From a virus (lineage: Duplodnaviria > Caudoviricetes), in the IMG/VR virus record IMGVR_UViG_3300010376_000079, positions 1 through 37,787 of that record: DNA of 37,787 nt, one strand, 5' to 3'. Position 1 is the first letter of the stretch; the number at the start of each line of letters is the position of its first letter. Below the pieces are notes generated by a model, which was not told where the DNA came from, ran no database searches, and saw nothing but the letters and a program-made list of their open reading frames with translations. Below, piece by piece: positions 15,982 to 25,526 of this stretch. A program made the translations under genes and the position numbers.

Positions 15982-18182
15982 TGTCCTCCGCCAAGGGTCT
16001 GTCCGGGCTGGGTGACGGTCGGTCCCGTGTCCTCCTCGTAGGGTCGGAGTCCGATCATGACGCGGCCCCCTTCCTTGTCGCCATCGGCCACGCGTTTGAG
16101 CGAGGCGAGGAGGATGCCGAGACGATGGATGTTCTCGATCTTCGTCGCGTCGGCGTTCGGGAGGACCTGATGGAGGAGATCCATCGTCTTCACGTTGATG
16201 CGTCCGGAGGCGCCGTAGGCACGGGCGACCCGGATGACGATGTCGTCGGCGGAGCGGAGGAGCGAGGTGGCAGCGGCGCCGGCGGGACCGGGGTCGTTCT
16301 TCGAGAGGTACTCGAGGCCACCGGGCGGGATGTAGCCGTGGGGGCCGATCTGGTTCAAGCCGGGGATGTCGTGGACCAGATCCCCGATGTGGGACCAGAG
16401 GCCGCTCTGGGTGGAGACGTCGATCGCGGTGATCGGGTGCCCGGTCTTTGGGTCCGTGCCGTAGGGGGTCAAGTAGGCGTTCTCGAGGAGCGTGATGGCG
16501 TTCTTGGCGAATTGGCGTTCGGTCGCCTGCTTCACGTCGGCGGTCATCTGGGTCTCGGCAGTCTTCTTGTCGAGCTCCATCTCGTCGAGGCGCGCCTGGC
16601 CGATCTGGATGGCACGGGAGTCGTGGAGGAGGGCGGCGGGGTCGATCTGATTCACGTCTACGTGGTGGCCCGCTTGCTGGCTGTAGCGTTGCTCGAGCTC
16701 GGCACGGAACCAGCTATAGGTCTGCGCTGCGTTCATGATCCCGTTGTAGAGCGCGTTCGGATCGCGGGCCGGGGTCTCGACGGTGCCACCGGTCGAGGGG
16801 AGATCGCCGCCGGCAGCGGGGGGAGGACCTCCTCCTGCTCCCCCGGGCTGCGCCGCGATGGTCCGGACGCCGCCGCGTTCGGGGGCAGGCGTGGCAGCGG
16901 CGACGACGGTGGGGCCGAGGCCAGGAGTAGAGACCGGCTCTGGGGCGGCGGAGGGGTAGCCAGTCTGACCTTCCGCTCCGGGGGCGTTGGCGATCCCCGG
17001 AGGACGGTTTTGGAGCAGATGTTGGCGCGCAGCGTCGAGGTTCGGAGCCGGGGCAGCCGCCGCAGCGGGTGGGGGCGCCGCAGGCGGTGGAGCGGCGGCA
17101 GCAACGCCAGCGTCGCCAGCCGGCGCAGGAGGGCCAGCAGGAGGGGCGGCAGGGGGCTGGCCTACGACACGGGGCGGCTGGGGCTGGGTGCCTGCGAGAC
17201 TGCGCGAGGGGGCTGCTCCGTAACGACCGAGAGGACCGCGATAGCCTTCCCGGAGTGCGATGGCGCCGGTGAGGGCATCCTTCTCGCTGGGAGAGAGGGA
17301 GGCCATCGGACGCGTCGCGTCGATGCCGGCGTTCTCCGCGACCTCGCCGCCGTAGGCGTGATTCGAGCGAAGCTGGAGCCCTTGGCCGACGTTCCCGCTC
17401 GCGTACTGCGGTTGCTCGAGGAGGGCGCGGGCCGCGTCTAACCCATGTTCCGGGGTGTCGAATTGGGCGAGCGTGCCGGCGGAGGTGGTGCGTCCGGGGC
17501 CGAGGTAGCCAGGTTGGGAGCGGGCGAAGGGGCCATCCATGATCCCGCCCGGGTTGTCGGCCATCGTGACGCCACCGCCACTCCCGAGGCGGCGGGTCGT
17601 CGTGCTGCGCTTCAAGCCACGCGGAGCGGGCGCCCCGGATGGCGGGGACGCAGGCGCCTCCGGGACCTGGGGGACGTGCTCGGTCTGCCCGGTGAGGGAC
17701 CAGCCGGTCTTCGGATTCCACTGCCAGCCGGAGACCGGGATGCCGCCGGGGAGACTGCCGCCGAAGGCGAAGGGATTCAGGGTGAGCGCGCGAGCGGAGG
17801 CTTGCTCCTGGTAGGATTTCGCGAGGGCCGGGGTCATCACCTGGGTCGGATAGGTCGCGGGGAGCGGACGGTTGATGTTCAAGGTCGAGGGGACGAAGCC
17901 CTGGCGGATCGGGTTGCCCTGGGCGTCGAAGCCGGTTGGCGCACCGGCAAAGTTGAGCCGGTCCATCGCAGCCTGGCGTTGCTCCGGGGTGACGCCTCCG
18001 CCACCACCCTCGAACGGCATCCCGGTCAGGCGGTACATGGTCGGGTCGCCGGAGTAGAGGGCCGAAGCGACCCCGGGGTCTTGGAGCATGTTGGAACGCG
18101 CATCAGCCGCTTGCGCCTTCAAGTACTGGAGGTGCGCGTTCCAGCCTTCGAGGAGCATGCTGAATGGATTGTTGCCTCCCAT
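15978..18182 (-). CDS. Large ejection protein with a lysozyme-like (cell-wall hydrolase-like) domain and Pro/Ala linker
   Basis: DNPGGI...AQFDTPEHGLDAARALL...Y...VA...G...AIALREG resembles the NNPGNI lysozyme-like phage domain. Confidence 0.65.
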   Translation of the reverse strand: MGGNNPFSMLLEGWNAHLQYLKAQAADARSNMLQDPGVASALYSGDPTMYRLTGMPFEGGGGGVTPEQRQAAMDRLNFAGAPTGFDAQGNPIRQGFVPSTLNINRPLPATYPTQVMTPALAKSYQEQASARALTLNPFAFGGSLPGGIPVSGWQWNPKTGWSLTGQTEHVPQVPEAPASPPSGAPAPRGLKRSTTTRRLGSGGGVTMADNPGGIMDGPFARSQPGYLGPGRTTSAGTLAQFDTPEHGLDAARALLEQPQYASGNVGQGLQLRSNHAYGGEVAENAGIDATRPMASLSPSEKDALTGAIALREGYRGPLGRYGAAPSRSLAGTQPQPPRVVGQPPAAPPAGPPAPAGDAGVAAAAPPPAAPPPAAAAAPAPNLDAARQHLLQNRPPGIANAPGAEGQTGYPSAAPEPVSTPGLGPTVVAAATPAPERGGVRTIAAQPGGAGGGPPPAAGGDLPSTGGTVETPARDPNALYNGIMNAAQTYSWFRAELEQRYSQQAGHHVDVNQIDPAALLHDSRAIQIGQARLDEMELDKKTAETQMTADVKQATERQFAKNAITLLENAYLTPYGTDPKTGHPITAIDVSTQSGLWSHIGDLVHDIPGLNQIGPHGYIPPGGLEYLSKNDPGPAGAAATSLLRSADDIVIRVARAYGASGRINVKTMDLLHQVLPNADATKIENIHRLGILLASLKRVADGDKEGGRVMIGLRPYEEDTGPTVTQPGQTLGGGQ

Positions 18183-18191
18183 GGTAGGCTC

Positions 18192-19055
18192 CTAGACCTG
18201 TGCGCTCGTCGATTGCGAGAGCGAGAGGGACTTGGACTTCTGGCCCATCTGCGGGAGCACCATCTTCAAGAGCTCCATCTCGGGCGACATGGCGCCGGTG
18301 AAGAAGGAGAGGAGGTCGCCCATGCCCTGCATCGGCATCTGGGCGGCGCCCTGGAGGAGAGAGGCGAGTTGGGGGTAGGCGCTAAAAAGGGCCGACATGG
18401 CTTCGGGTCCCATGCCGGCGACGCCGGCGCCCGTGGCGCCAAGCTGGCCCATCGTGCCGGCGGCACCGGAGACGCCGGAGATCGCGGCCTGGCGGCGCTC
18501 CTCGTCGGACTGGAGGGTCTTGAAGGCCAAGTCGGAGAGGAGGCTTTGCTCGCCCGCTTGGCCCTGGCCCCCCTCGACCATCCCACGGGCCGCTTCGCCT
18601 TCCCGGGCCGGGGCGAGCGCGCGGCGCGCCGCTTCCTGATACGTCGCCCGGGATTGGAGAGGCGACATGGCGTCTGCGAGATCGGTCTTCGCGGCGTCGA
18701 GCGCCGTCCCCGCGCCACCGGTCGCCGTGTTGATCGAGCCTTCGTAGGCCGGCAGCGACTTCATGAATTGATCGACGGCGCTCTGGTAGCCGCCATAGGC
18801 CGAGGAGGCGCCCCCGGAGATCACGCCCGAAAGATTCTGGAGCGTTGGGAGGTAGGAGGGGAGAAAGGAGGAGCCCTGGCCAGCGAAGGTGGCAAGGGGA
18901 CCGGAGCCGCCACCCCAGCCGAAGGCTTTCGTCAGGGGATTGGTGAATTGGTTGCGGAGCGAGCCGGCGAGGTTAAACGGCATCCCGCCGAAGGGATCGA
19001 ACATCGCGGGGCGGGAGCTCGAGGAGGCGTAGGACCCGGATTCAGAGAAGCCCAT
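18192..19055 (-). CDS. Probable ejection (DNA transfer) protein
   Basis: Gly/Ala/Ser/Gln/Met-rich helical composition and position after the tail genes. Confidence 0.6.
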   Translation of the reverse strand: MGFSESGSYASSSSRPAMFDPFGGMPFNLAGSLRNQFTNPLTKAFGWGGGSGPLATFAGQGSSFLPSYLPTLQNLSGVISGGASSAYGGYQSAVDQFMKSLPAYEGSINTATGGAGTALDAAKTDLADAMSPLQSRATYQEAARRALAPAREGEAARGMVEGGQGQAGEQSLLSDLAFKTLQSDEERRQAAISGVSGAAGTMGQLGATGAGVAGMGPEAMSALFSAYPQLASLLQGAAQMPMQGMGDLLSFFTGAMSPEMELLKMVLPQMGQKSKSLSLSQSTSAQV

Positions 19056-19614
19056 CGTCCTTCCCTTTCCCTTCGGGTTGCTCCGGCGAGACGGGATCGT
19101 GGTCGAAGCCGTTGCCTTTCTCTACCACCTTGCGGGCGCGCCGATGATCGAGGGTTTGGAGGACCTTGGCGATCGGGGCCGTGGCGCGCGTCTCGAAATC
19201 GGTGAAGCCGAAAGTGTCCCAGACGTGCTGGTCCATCGTGTGCGTCGCTTCGCAGACCTCGAGCCCTTGGGCGAGGGCGTGCTCGGCGCACAGCTCGGCT
19301 AACCGCGCGACGATGCCTTCGCGGCGGTGATCCGGGACGACGTAGGCGTAGTGGACGAAGCCGAAGCGGTGCGGCTCGCCGTAGACGCGAGTCTGGATCT
19401 CGTAGAGGAAGAAGCCCAAGGGACGGAGCTCGTCTTCTGCGAGGAAGCAGAAGACCGTGGCCGGCGATTGGGCGAGGGCGACGGCGACGTCGCGGGTGAA
19501 GGTGTCGAGAGAGGCCAGGATATTCGCCGGGTAGGGACGCGGCTCGTCGGCGAAGGCACGCCAGAGGGCGCGGATGGCAGGGAGATCGTTGAGCGTCGCC
19601 AAACGTATAGTCAT
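19042..19614 (-). CDS. GNAT family acetyltransferase
   Basis: MTIRLATLNDLPAIRALW start and AcCoA-binding motif YVVPDHRREGIVARL. Confidence 0.85.
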   Translation of the reverse strand: MTIRLATLNDLPAIRALWRAFADEPRPYPANILASLDTFTRDVAVALAQSPATVFCFLAEDELRPLGFFLYEIQTRVYGEPHRFGFVHYAYVVPDHRREGIVARLAELCAEHALAQGLEVCEATHTMDQHVWDTFGFTDFETRATAPIAKVLQTLDHRRARKVVEKGNGFDHDPVSPEQPEGKGKDDGLL

Positions 19615-19627
19615 ATAGCTATCTCGC

Positions 19628-20389
19628 TTATGAAGGCTCATGGAGCATGAAGTTGTAGTAGCGACTCGAGCCGCCATACGACGAGGCACAGGTGAGGGTG
19701 AAGTAGTAGGTCGTCGTGCCGACCGGCGCGATGTCGAGCGCGAGGAGATGGAGCACCGGATTGCCGAGGGAGCCACTCGAATCGACGTCACACTGGAGGC
19801 TGCGCTCCGCGACGAGCCGGCCACCGACCGACCCCGCCCAGATGCGTCCGGTGAGGAGTCCCTGTGCTGCACCGGAAAACAGTTGCGTGGGCCACTCCAT
19901 GCCGATCGACGCCTGACAGACGACGACGCCGCGATAGACGTGAAAGGCGATCGAGTCGAGAACGAGATCGGTCGCATTGCCAGGGAAGCCCGGGTTGCCC
20001 ACTGGACCGATGCCGGTCTTCCACTGCGGCGGCTGGGAGCCGCCGAGGGAGGCAAGACTGACGAGCTTGTCCCAGGTGATCGACCCGGGCTTGATCGAGG
20101 CGCCGTCGAAGGCCGTGCCCCCGGAGCCGGAGATCTTGGACGCGTCGATCGGGCCGACGATGTCCGAGTTTTTCACCTTGCCGGTCAGGTTCAACTTTTC
20201 GTAGGCGATCTTCTTGAGCGCGAGCGTCGTGTTGATGTTGTCGTCGTCGAGGCCACCCTTGAGCGCGTTGTAGAGCGTGTTGAAGTCGAGATCCACCTCG
20301 GCGTCGATGATGTCCGGGACCCCGGCAGCCACCTCGTCGGCGTAGTTGGTGTTGCCGGCGGACTTGGCGGGGCGCGGGTAGTTTGGCAT
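19628..20389 (-). CDS. Short tail fibre/spike-like protein
   Basis: N-terminal A.EVD.DFN.L anchoring motif, I.A.KI / IT..KL repeats and a beta-rich C-terminal domain. Confidence 0.6.
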   Translation of the reverse strand: MPNYPRPAKSAGNTNYADEVAAGVPDIIDAEVDLDFNTLYNALKGGLDDDNINTTLALKKIAYEKLNLTGKVKNSDIVGPIDASKISGSGGTAFDGASIKPGSITWDKLVSLASLGGSQPPQWKTGIGPVGNPGFPGNATDLVLDSIAFHVYRGVVVCQASIGMEWPTQLFSGAAQGLLTGRIWAGSVGGRLVAERSLQCDVDSSGSLGNPVLHLLALDIAPVGTTTYYFTLTCASSYGGSSRYYNFMLHEPS

Positions 20390-20399
20390 CGGGCGTCTC

Positions 20400-22562
20400 C
20401 TAGCTCGAGATGCGTTCGGCCTTGAAGGTGGTGCCGGCGATGTAGCGGACCTTGCGTTCGGAGAAGATAAAGAGGAGCTCGAAATCGCGGAGCTCGACGT
20501 TGGCGACGGAGAAGAAGGTCGTCGGATCGGTGTCGGAGCGATCGAGCGACGGGTCGTGGCGGAGGTTGACGATGATCGAGAGCGCGCGGGGGCGCGTGTA
20601 GGGCGTGATGGTTTGCACCTCGACCGGGGCGATCGAGCCGAAGTGGGCGGTGTTCCAGCATTTGTTCGGGGGCGGCGGGGTGCCGGAGGCGCCGGCGGTC
20701 AGGTGGACGAATTGGCCGGGGTCCTCCATGTCTTGGCCGATCAAGATAGGGTCTAAGACGGCGCGAGCGCCCCCGTCCATGATGAAATTGCAGCGCAGCG
20801 CCGACTTGGCGGATGTCTGACAGATCAGGCGGACGCGGGTGAAGACCTTGACATCGAAAGGCTGATCGGCGTCGAAGCGGCCCGATTGCAGGATCGAGCG
20901 CACGGGGATCGGTTGCTTCGGCGTGGTGAAATTCGGGTCGGAGTAGGTCGCGAGTTGGTGCGTGCGGAGGATCTGCGCGTTGCCGGAGCCGTCCTCGAAG
21001 GCGAGGTAGCCCCGATCCACCTCGTAGGGCGAGTTGGGATCGGCGGTGCAGGCGGTGGGGGAGCGATAGGCGTCCACCTCATCCTGCATCGTCATCGGTC
21101 CCCACCATGACGGGACCTGGCCGACCCCGCCCCGGAGATCGCACCACCAGGAGTTGATGGCGCCCGATCCCCCGGATGTCGGGATGGCGAGTTTGTAGAA
21201 TTGCTTGTGGAAGCAGGCCATGGCTGAGGCGCGGGCGCCGGTGGGGATCTGGCGGATCTGGTTCGCGATCGGCCAGCCGATGTCCTGGGGATACCCACCA
21301 CCGGGAGGAATCAAGTAGACACTATCTATACCACAAAAGATAGTACCTACTGGAGTGTTCACGATGGTGTCGTGGGAGATGCAGCCGACGCGGGAGGAGA
21401 CCTCGATCATCTGGGCTTCGCCTTCCGGGTCGAAGGGGTCGCCCTGCACCAAGAATGTCCTACTTGCTGTAAAGAATAGTAAAGGGGCGGTGGCGTCGAA
21501 TTCGGCGGTCACCCCCGCGATACCGATGCCGGTCACGATCTCCGGGAGGGGAACCTTGGCGAAATCGGGGAACAGGGTGCCCTGGTTGTAGGCGCTCTGC
21601 TCGAGGCCGGGGAGGATGACATCGGTGGCGAAGACGGAGTAGGGGTCGGCTTGCGAGCCGGCGAAGATCAGGCGGTTGGTCCAGACGAGGAACATGTTGC
21701 CGGTGCGGAAGACGTTGATCCCGCCCGCCATCGGGACGCGCGTGTCGGTGACGTCTACCGTGGCGAGGAGGACGGGATCGGGGAGCGGCGTCGTCGTGGT
21801 CCCGGTCGCCTGCATGGTGGCGTACTCGATCGGGAAATTGCGCGGCGAGACAAAGAGCCGGTTGACGAGCGGCAGCGTCGCGGCGGCGGGGCGGGTAAAC
21901 GAGAGCGTCGCCTGGGAGGGGACGGTGATGGTGCCCGGATCGGAGCGCGAGACGTAGACGCCCTTCCCGGGCGTCGTGTCGAAGACCGCCCAGGCGTAGG
22001 TGTAGGTGCCAGCCGGGACCGTGTCGGCGCCGGCGGGGGCGGTGGGGGCGGTCGCCCCCGGGGGCGGACCCGTGTCGGTGATCCCGGAGAAGGTGATCGT
22101 CTGCGACGACGGTGCGCCGATTACCCAGGAGACGAGGGGGTCCTTCCCGTTGCCGGCGTAGATGCGGTCACGAAACTGGATCATGCGCCCGATCGGAGAC
22201 GACGCATCCGGGAAATTCGCGAGCGGGGGATCGGCGGTAAACGCGGCTTCTCCGACCGACTGGTAGACCTTGGCGCCGCCCGTCGGCTCGCCGGAGGTGT
22301 TGGTCGTCAGTCCATAGGCGTAGAGGTAGAGCGCGCCGGTCTTGTCGTGCGCGGCGAGGAGCGCGGTCGCGGTCGCCCCGGGGATCGCCTGGACGACGAC
22401 GGAGCCGGGGCGCTTGCCGAGCCGGAAGGCTTGGGTCGGGATCCAGTTCTCGGAGCGCGCGACGAAGGAGGGACCAAGGAACGTACTATCTATTTCTGTA
22501 TTGGTCCCTTTGAATTGACGGAGCCGAAATGCCTGCTCCGGGGAGTCCTTGGGTGCCGCCAT
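20400..22562 (-). CDS. Tail tubular protein B / nozzle-like protein
   Basis: 720 aa. EN...KRPG start, beta-propeller-like DRIYAGNG and NRLIFAG, VGCIS..TI. Follows the adaptor gene. Confidence 0.75.
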   Translation of the reverse strand: MAAPKDSPEQAFRLRQFKGTNTEIDSTFLGPSFVARSENWIPTQAFRLGKRPGSVVVQAIPGATATALLAAHDKTGALYLYAYGLTTNTSGEPTGGAKVYQSVGEAAFTADPPLANFPDASSPIGRMIQFRDRIYAGNGKDPLVSWVIGAPSSQTITFSGITDTGPPPGATAPTAPAGADTVPAGTYTYAWAVFDTTPGKGVYVSRSDPGTITVPSQATLSFTRPAAATLPLVNRLFVSPRNFPIEYATMQATGTTTTPLPDPVLLATVDVTDTRVPMAGGINVFRTGNMFLVWTNRLIFAGSQADPYSVFATDVILPGLEQSAYNQGTLFPDFAKVPLPEIVTGIGIAGVTAEFDATAPLLFFTASRTFLVQGDPFDPEGEAQMIEVSSRVGCISHDTIVNTPVGTIFCGIDSVYLIPPGGGYPQDIGWPIANQIRQIPTGARASAMACFHKQFYKLAIPTSGGSGAINSWWCDLRGGVGQVPSWWGPMTMQDEVDAYRSPTACTADPNSPYEVDRGYLAFEDGSGNAQILRTHQLATYSDPNFTTPKQPIPVRSILQSGRFDADQPFDVKVFTRVRLICQTSAKSALRCNFIMDGGARAVLDPILIGQDMEDPGQFVHLTAGASGTPPPPNKCWNTAHFGSIAPVEVQTITPYTRPRALSIIVNLRHDPSLDRSDTDPTTFFSVANVELRDFELLFIFSERKVRYIAGTTFKAERISS
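21308..21483. other. Two in-frame AT-rich codon patches in the nozzle gene
   Basis: CCT TTA CTA TTC TTT ACA GCA AGT AGG ACA and ACT CCA GTA GGT ACT ATC TTT TGT GGT ATA GAT AGT, separated by normal GC-rich codons. Confidence 0.8.
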
Positions 22563-22568
22563 GTCATG

Positions 22569-23273
22569 TTAGGGGCGGCGACCGTAGCCCCACGTCGGCG
22601 TCGAGAAGACGAGCGGATCGAGTTGGACGGTGGCGGGGTAGCTCCGTTCCGGGAACGAGCCACCGCGCGCACGATTCACCGTGTCGGCGTTCACGGAGTA
22701 TTGCTCCCCGCGACGCGGGTCCACCTCGTAGGACTGCGCCCACTCGAACATCAGATCGGTCAGGAGGACGTCCCACTGGAAGATCGGGACGTCGGCGTCG
22801 TAGGCAACCGCGTCGGAGAGCGGGAAGTCGGGCGGCATGAATTTGTAGCGGAAGGTCGCCTGGCAGGTGTCGGTCGGGAGCGGCCAGGCGCGGCCCACGG
22901 GAGGGACGTTGCCGTAGTCGATTGTCCAGATGCGGGGGCGTGCGGACATCACGTTGGGTGAGGTCGCTTGCTGGAGTTGGAAGGCGCGGTGGTCGGTCTC
23001 GGTGACGATGGAGGGTTGCTGGACGCCACCGGCAGAAGTTATCATGAGAGACTGATCGTCTTCTGGCTTGACGAAGTTGTCGGGGAGGGCGATGAAGCCG
23101 TTGGTTTGAATCGTGAGCGGTCCCATCGTCCAGAGGAAGGGCCAGTCCCAGCCTTGGTAGAGCTCTTGGAGAATTCTGTTGAGGCGGAAGCGGCCCGCAT
23201 TCTTGAGCGACGCCGTCGTGTTGCCGACGCGCTGGAGGGCTTGGTCGAGGATGTCACCCCGCGTCGAACGCAT
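22569..23273 (-). CDS. Head-tail adaptor / tail tubular protein A
   Basis: LNRILQEL...WPFL...LPDNF...P....WPLP pattern and position. Confidence 0.7.
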   Translation of the reverse strand: MRSTRGDILDQALQRVGNTTASLKNAGRFRLNRILQELYQGWDWPFLWTMGPLTIQTNGFIALPDNFVKPEDDQSLMITSAGGVQQPSIVTETDHRAFQLQQATSPNVMSARPRIWTIDYGNVPPVGRAWPLPTDTCQATFRYKFMPPDFPLSDAVAYDADVPIFQWDVLLTDLMFEWAQSYEVDPRRGEQYSVNADTVNRARGGSFPERSYPATVQLDPLVFSTPTWGYGRRP

Positions 23274-23616
23274 TGCCGTTCAATTCCCGCTTTTTTTGGT
23301 CGAGCGCCTCGTCGAGCGAGTGGAGCTCCTCGGCGCGCGCTTCGATCATCTTGTCGAGTTGGGCAACCTTGCCTTGGTGGACCAAGACGACGCGGTCGTT
23401 GTAGGCGACCATCATCTGATGCATTCTCGTCATCGCGAGCTCGTAGGTCTCGAGCGCACGTTCCCGGGAGTCCTCGTAGCATTCGAGGGAGATCTGCTCC
23501 TCCTCGGTCACGCGGCGCGTGATGACGACGCGATAGGGACCGTATTTCCAGGGCTCGGCTTCGCCCAGACGAGCGAGGTGCGTGTTGGGGGCCGTGTCGT
23601 CGGGCGGCTCCATCAT
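23254..23616 (-). CDS. Hypothetical coiled-coil protein
   Basis: Overlaps neighbouring genes at both ends. Heptad-rich C-terminus. Confidence 0.65.
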   Translation of the reverse strand: MMEPPDDTAPNTHLARLGEAEPWKYGPYRVVITRRVTEEEQISLECYEDSRERALETYELAMTRMHQMMVAYNDRVVLVHQGKVAQLDKMIEARAEELHSLDEALDQKKRELNGNAFDAG

Positions 23617-24131
23617 CGACCCCGTCCCGTCCAGTCGTCCGTCCCATCATCCCGTGCAATCGCGGCCATGCGAGCGCGCGAGCCGATCGTCCCCAGGTCG
23701 ATCGTCCGCCCGTTCGATTTGAGGCGATTCATCTCGATTCTCTGGTTTTCCGCGATCATCCAGAGAAGGTATTGGGCGACGGACGCTCGGATGTTGTAGA
23801 CCCCGGGCGGGAAGATGGCGGGGCCGATGACGAAGGGCTCCCCCGTCACGCTGGCCGGGACGGTCACCTCGACGAGTGGCTCGCGGGCATCGACGATGTC
23901 TTGGACGGCGCGCATCAGGCGCGTCAACTCGACGCGGCGATTCATCGCGGCGGTCGTCTGATCGGGGGCGAGGAGTTGGTATTCTTCCGTGTAGAGCCGG
24001 AGTTTCTTCTTGAGTTGGCGATCGGAGAGATCGCTCAAGGCCGGACGAGATTCCGGATCGGGCGCCTCGTCGAGTGACTCCGGGGAGGATGTATCAGCGG
24101 GACGCTGTTTTCCGGTTTCCTTGGTCTTCAT
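23613..24131 (-). CDS. Hypothetical virion-module protein
   Basis: RBS GGAGA. Lies directly downstream of the capsid gene. Confidence 0.7.
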   Translation of the reverse strand: MKTKETGKQRPADTSSPESLDEAPDPESRPALSDLSDRQLKKKLRLYTEEYQLLAPDQTTAAMNRRVELTRLMRAVQDIVDAREPLVEVTVPASVTGEPFVIGPAIFPPGVYNIRASVAQYLLWMIAENQRIEMNRLKSNGRTIDLGTIGSRARMAAIARDDGTDDWTGRGR

Positions 24132-24163
24132 CGTCTCTCCGATCGCTGCCGTTTCACCAATGT

Positions 24164-24178
24164 TCTGCGTTTACCGGA
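24164..24178. repeat. 15-bp exact repeat, copy 1 (TCTGCGTTTACCGGA)
   Basis: Immediately after the capsid stop. Identical to 31771-31785. Confidence 0.7.
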
Positions 24179-25495
24179 TCACCCGAAGGCGCTCGCGGAC
24201 TCGATGCGCGTGCCGAAGTCGGGATTCAGGACGAGCGCCTTGAACATCTGCTTCCAGCCAGCCTTGGTGCGCTGCGCGAGCGGATCCGACTCGCTGGCCG
24301 TGGCGGTGACGATGTAGGTCTTCAAGGCGTCGAGCGTCGTCGCGCCGAGATAGCCGCGCCCCATCACGTAGGAGATGTGGACGTTGATCGAGGCCGGGGG
24401 AATGGGAGGGGCGACGGGTCCAGAGCCGGTCGCGACGAAGGCCGATCCGGTTGTCGGGGCGCCGCCCTTCACCACGTAGGCCGTTTCGGAGCCACCCGCC
24501 AAGTGCTTGATCCGGAATTGGAGGGTGGAGGTGCCGATGACGCCGTTCTCCAAGGTCGTGTAGACCTTGTAGGTGCCGGCGGGGGCACCGGTCTGCATCA
24601 CGATCTTCACGCCGAAGGCGCCGACGTTGTTGATGTCCTGGTCGGCGGAGACGGCGGTCTCGAAGCCGGTCGAGGGGTCCATCCGGGTGATGACGACATG
24701 GACGTGGGCGCCAGCGGCGAAGGGGGTGCCACCGGCGTAGTCGGTCGTCACCGTGTCGGCGGTGACGGCGACCCAGCCGGCGTTCATCAGCGTGATGATC
24801 GGGATGTAGTTGGAGCGCAGCCAGTCCACGCCCATCCAGCGACCGATCATCGCGTCCTTCAGGGTCTCGACCTGGCTGAAGACGCCGGCGAGTTGGAAGG
24901 TCGAGTCTTTGGAGATGTCCATCTCGACGAAGGGATCGACGACGCCCTTGAAGCGTCCGCCCTCATACGGAGGAGCGCCCTTGGAGCGGAGGTTGGCGAT
25001 GATGCGCCGGACATCGTCGGTAACGATGACGTCGGCCTGGGTGAGCGCGGCGCGGCTCGTCCGTTGGCCAGCGAAGTAGATCGTGGTCGCGCCCATGGCA
25101 ACCACCTGGACCTCGCGATCGACGAGCTCGTTGTGTTGCAGAGTCAGTAGCTCTCTAGCTTGCTGTACTAGAGGGTGCTTGATGACCAGGACGACGACGT
25201 CCGACATCGAGCAGACCGCCCCCCACTGATCGAGGACCGCGTCCACGGTGGAGAGGGTGATCGGCGTCGCGACCGGAGTGACCGACTCCTCGAGTGGCGC
25301 CTCGGGGAGCGGGAGCCGCTCGTAGCGCGTGAATTGGGCCGTCTTTCCGGATCCCTTCGGGATGGGCGATTTCTCGCACAGTCCCCAGAAGACGGTGTCC
25401 TTCTCCGCGCGCTCGAGGAGCTCGTCCATCATGTAGACGGCGAGCACATCGGGGCTCAGACTTGCGGAGGTTGCGAGGTTTGGATCGGTAGCCAT
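24179..25495 (-). CDS. Major capsid protein, N4-gp56-like, with an inserted beta-rich domain
   Basis: IPKGSGKTAQFTRYERL, L.QWG...SD, G.IGRW.GV.W..SN and DPLAQR...GWK motifs. Confidence 0.9.
   Translation of the reverse strand: MATDPNLATSASLSPDVLAVYMMDELLERAEKDTVFWGLCEKSPIPKGSGKTAQFTRYERLPLPEAPLEESVTPVATPITLSTVDAVLDQWGAVCSMSDVVVLVIKHPLVQQARELLTLQHNELVDREVQVVAMGATTIYFAGQRTSRAALTQADVIVTDDVRRIIANLRSKGAPPYEGGRFKGVVDPFVEMDISKDSTFQLAGVFSQVETLKDAMIGRWMGVDWLRSNYIPIITLMNAGWVAVTADTVTTDYAGGTPFAAGAHVHVVITRMDPSTGFETAVSADQDINNVGAFGVKIVMQTGAPAGTYKVYTTLENGVIGTSTLQFRIKHLAGGSETAYVVKGGAPTTGSAFVATGSGPVAPPIPPASINVHISYVMGRGYLGATTLDALKTYIVTATASESDPLAQRTKAGWKQMFKALVLNPDFGTRIESASAFG
25144..25172. other. In-frame AT-rich codon patch in the capsid gene
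   Basis: CCT CTA GTA CAG CAA GCT AGA GAG CTA CTG ACT. Confidence 0.75.
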
Positions 25496-25526
25496 TCCGT
25501 TCTCCTTTCCGGCGTTCGCTCGCCAG

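Noticed and set aside
23290-23297. In-frame A-AAA-AAG slippery heptamer near the end of 23254-23616
   Set aside because: A -1 shift does not enter the downstream adaptor frame and would add only a shadow-like extension. No stimulatory structure was noted.
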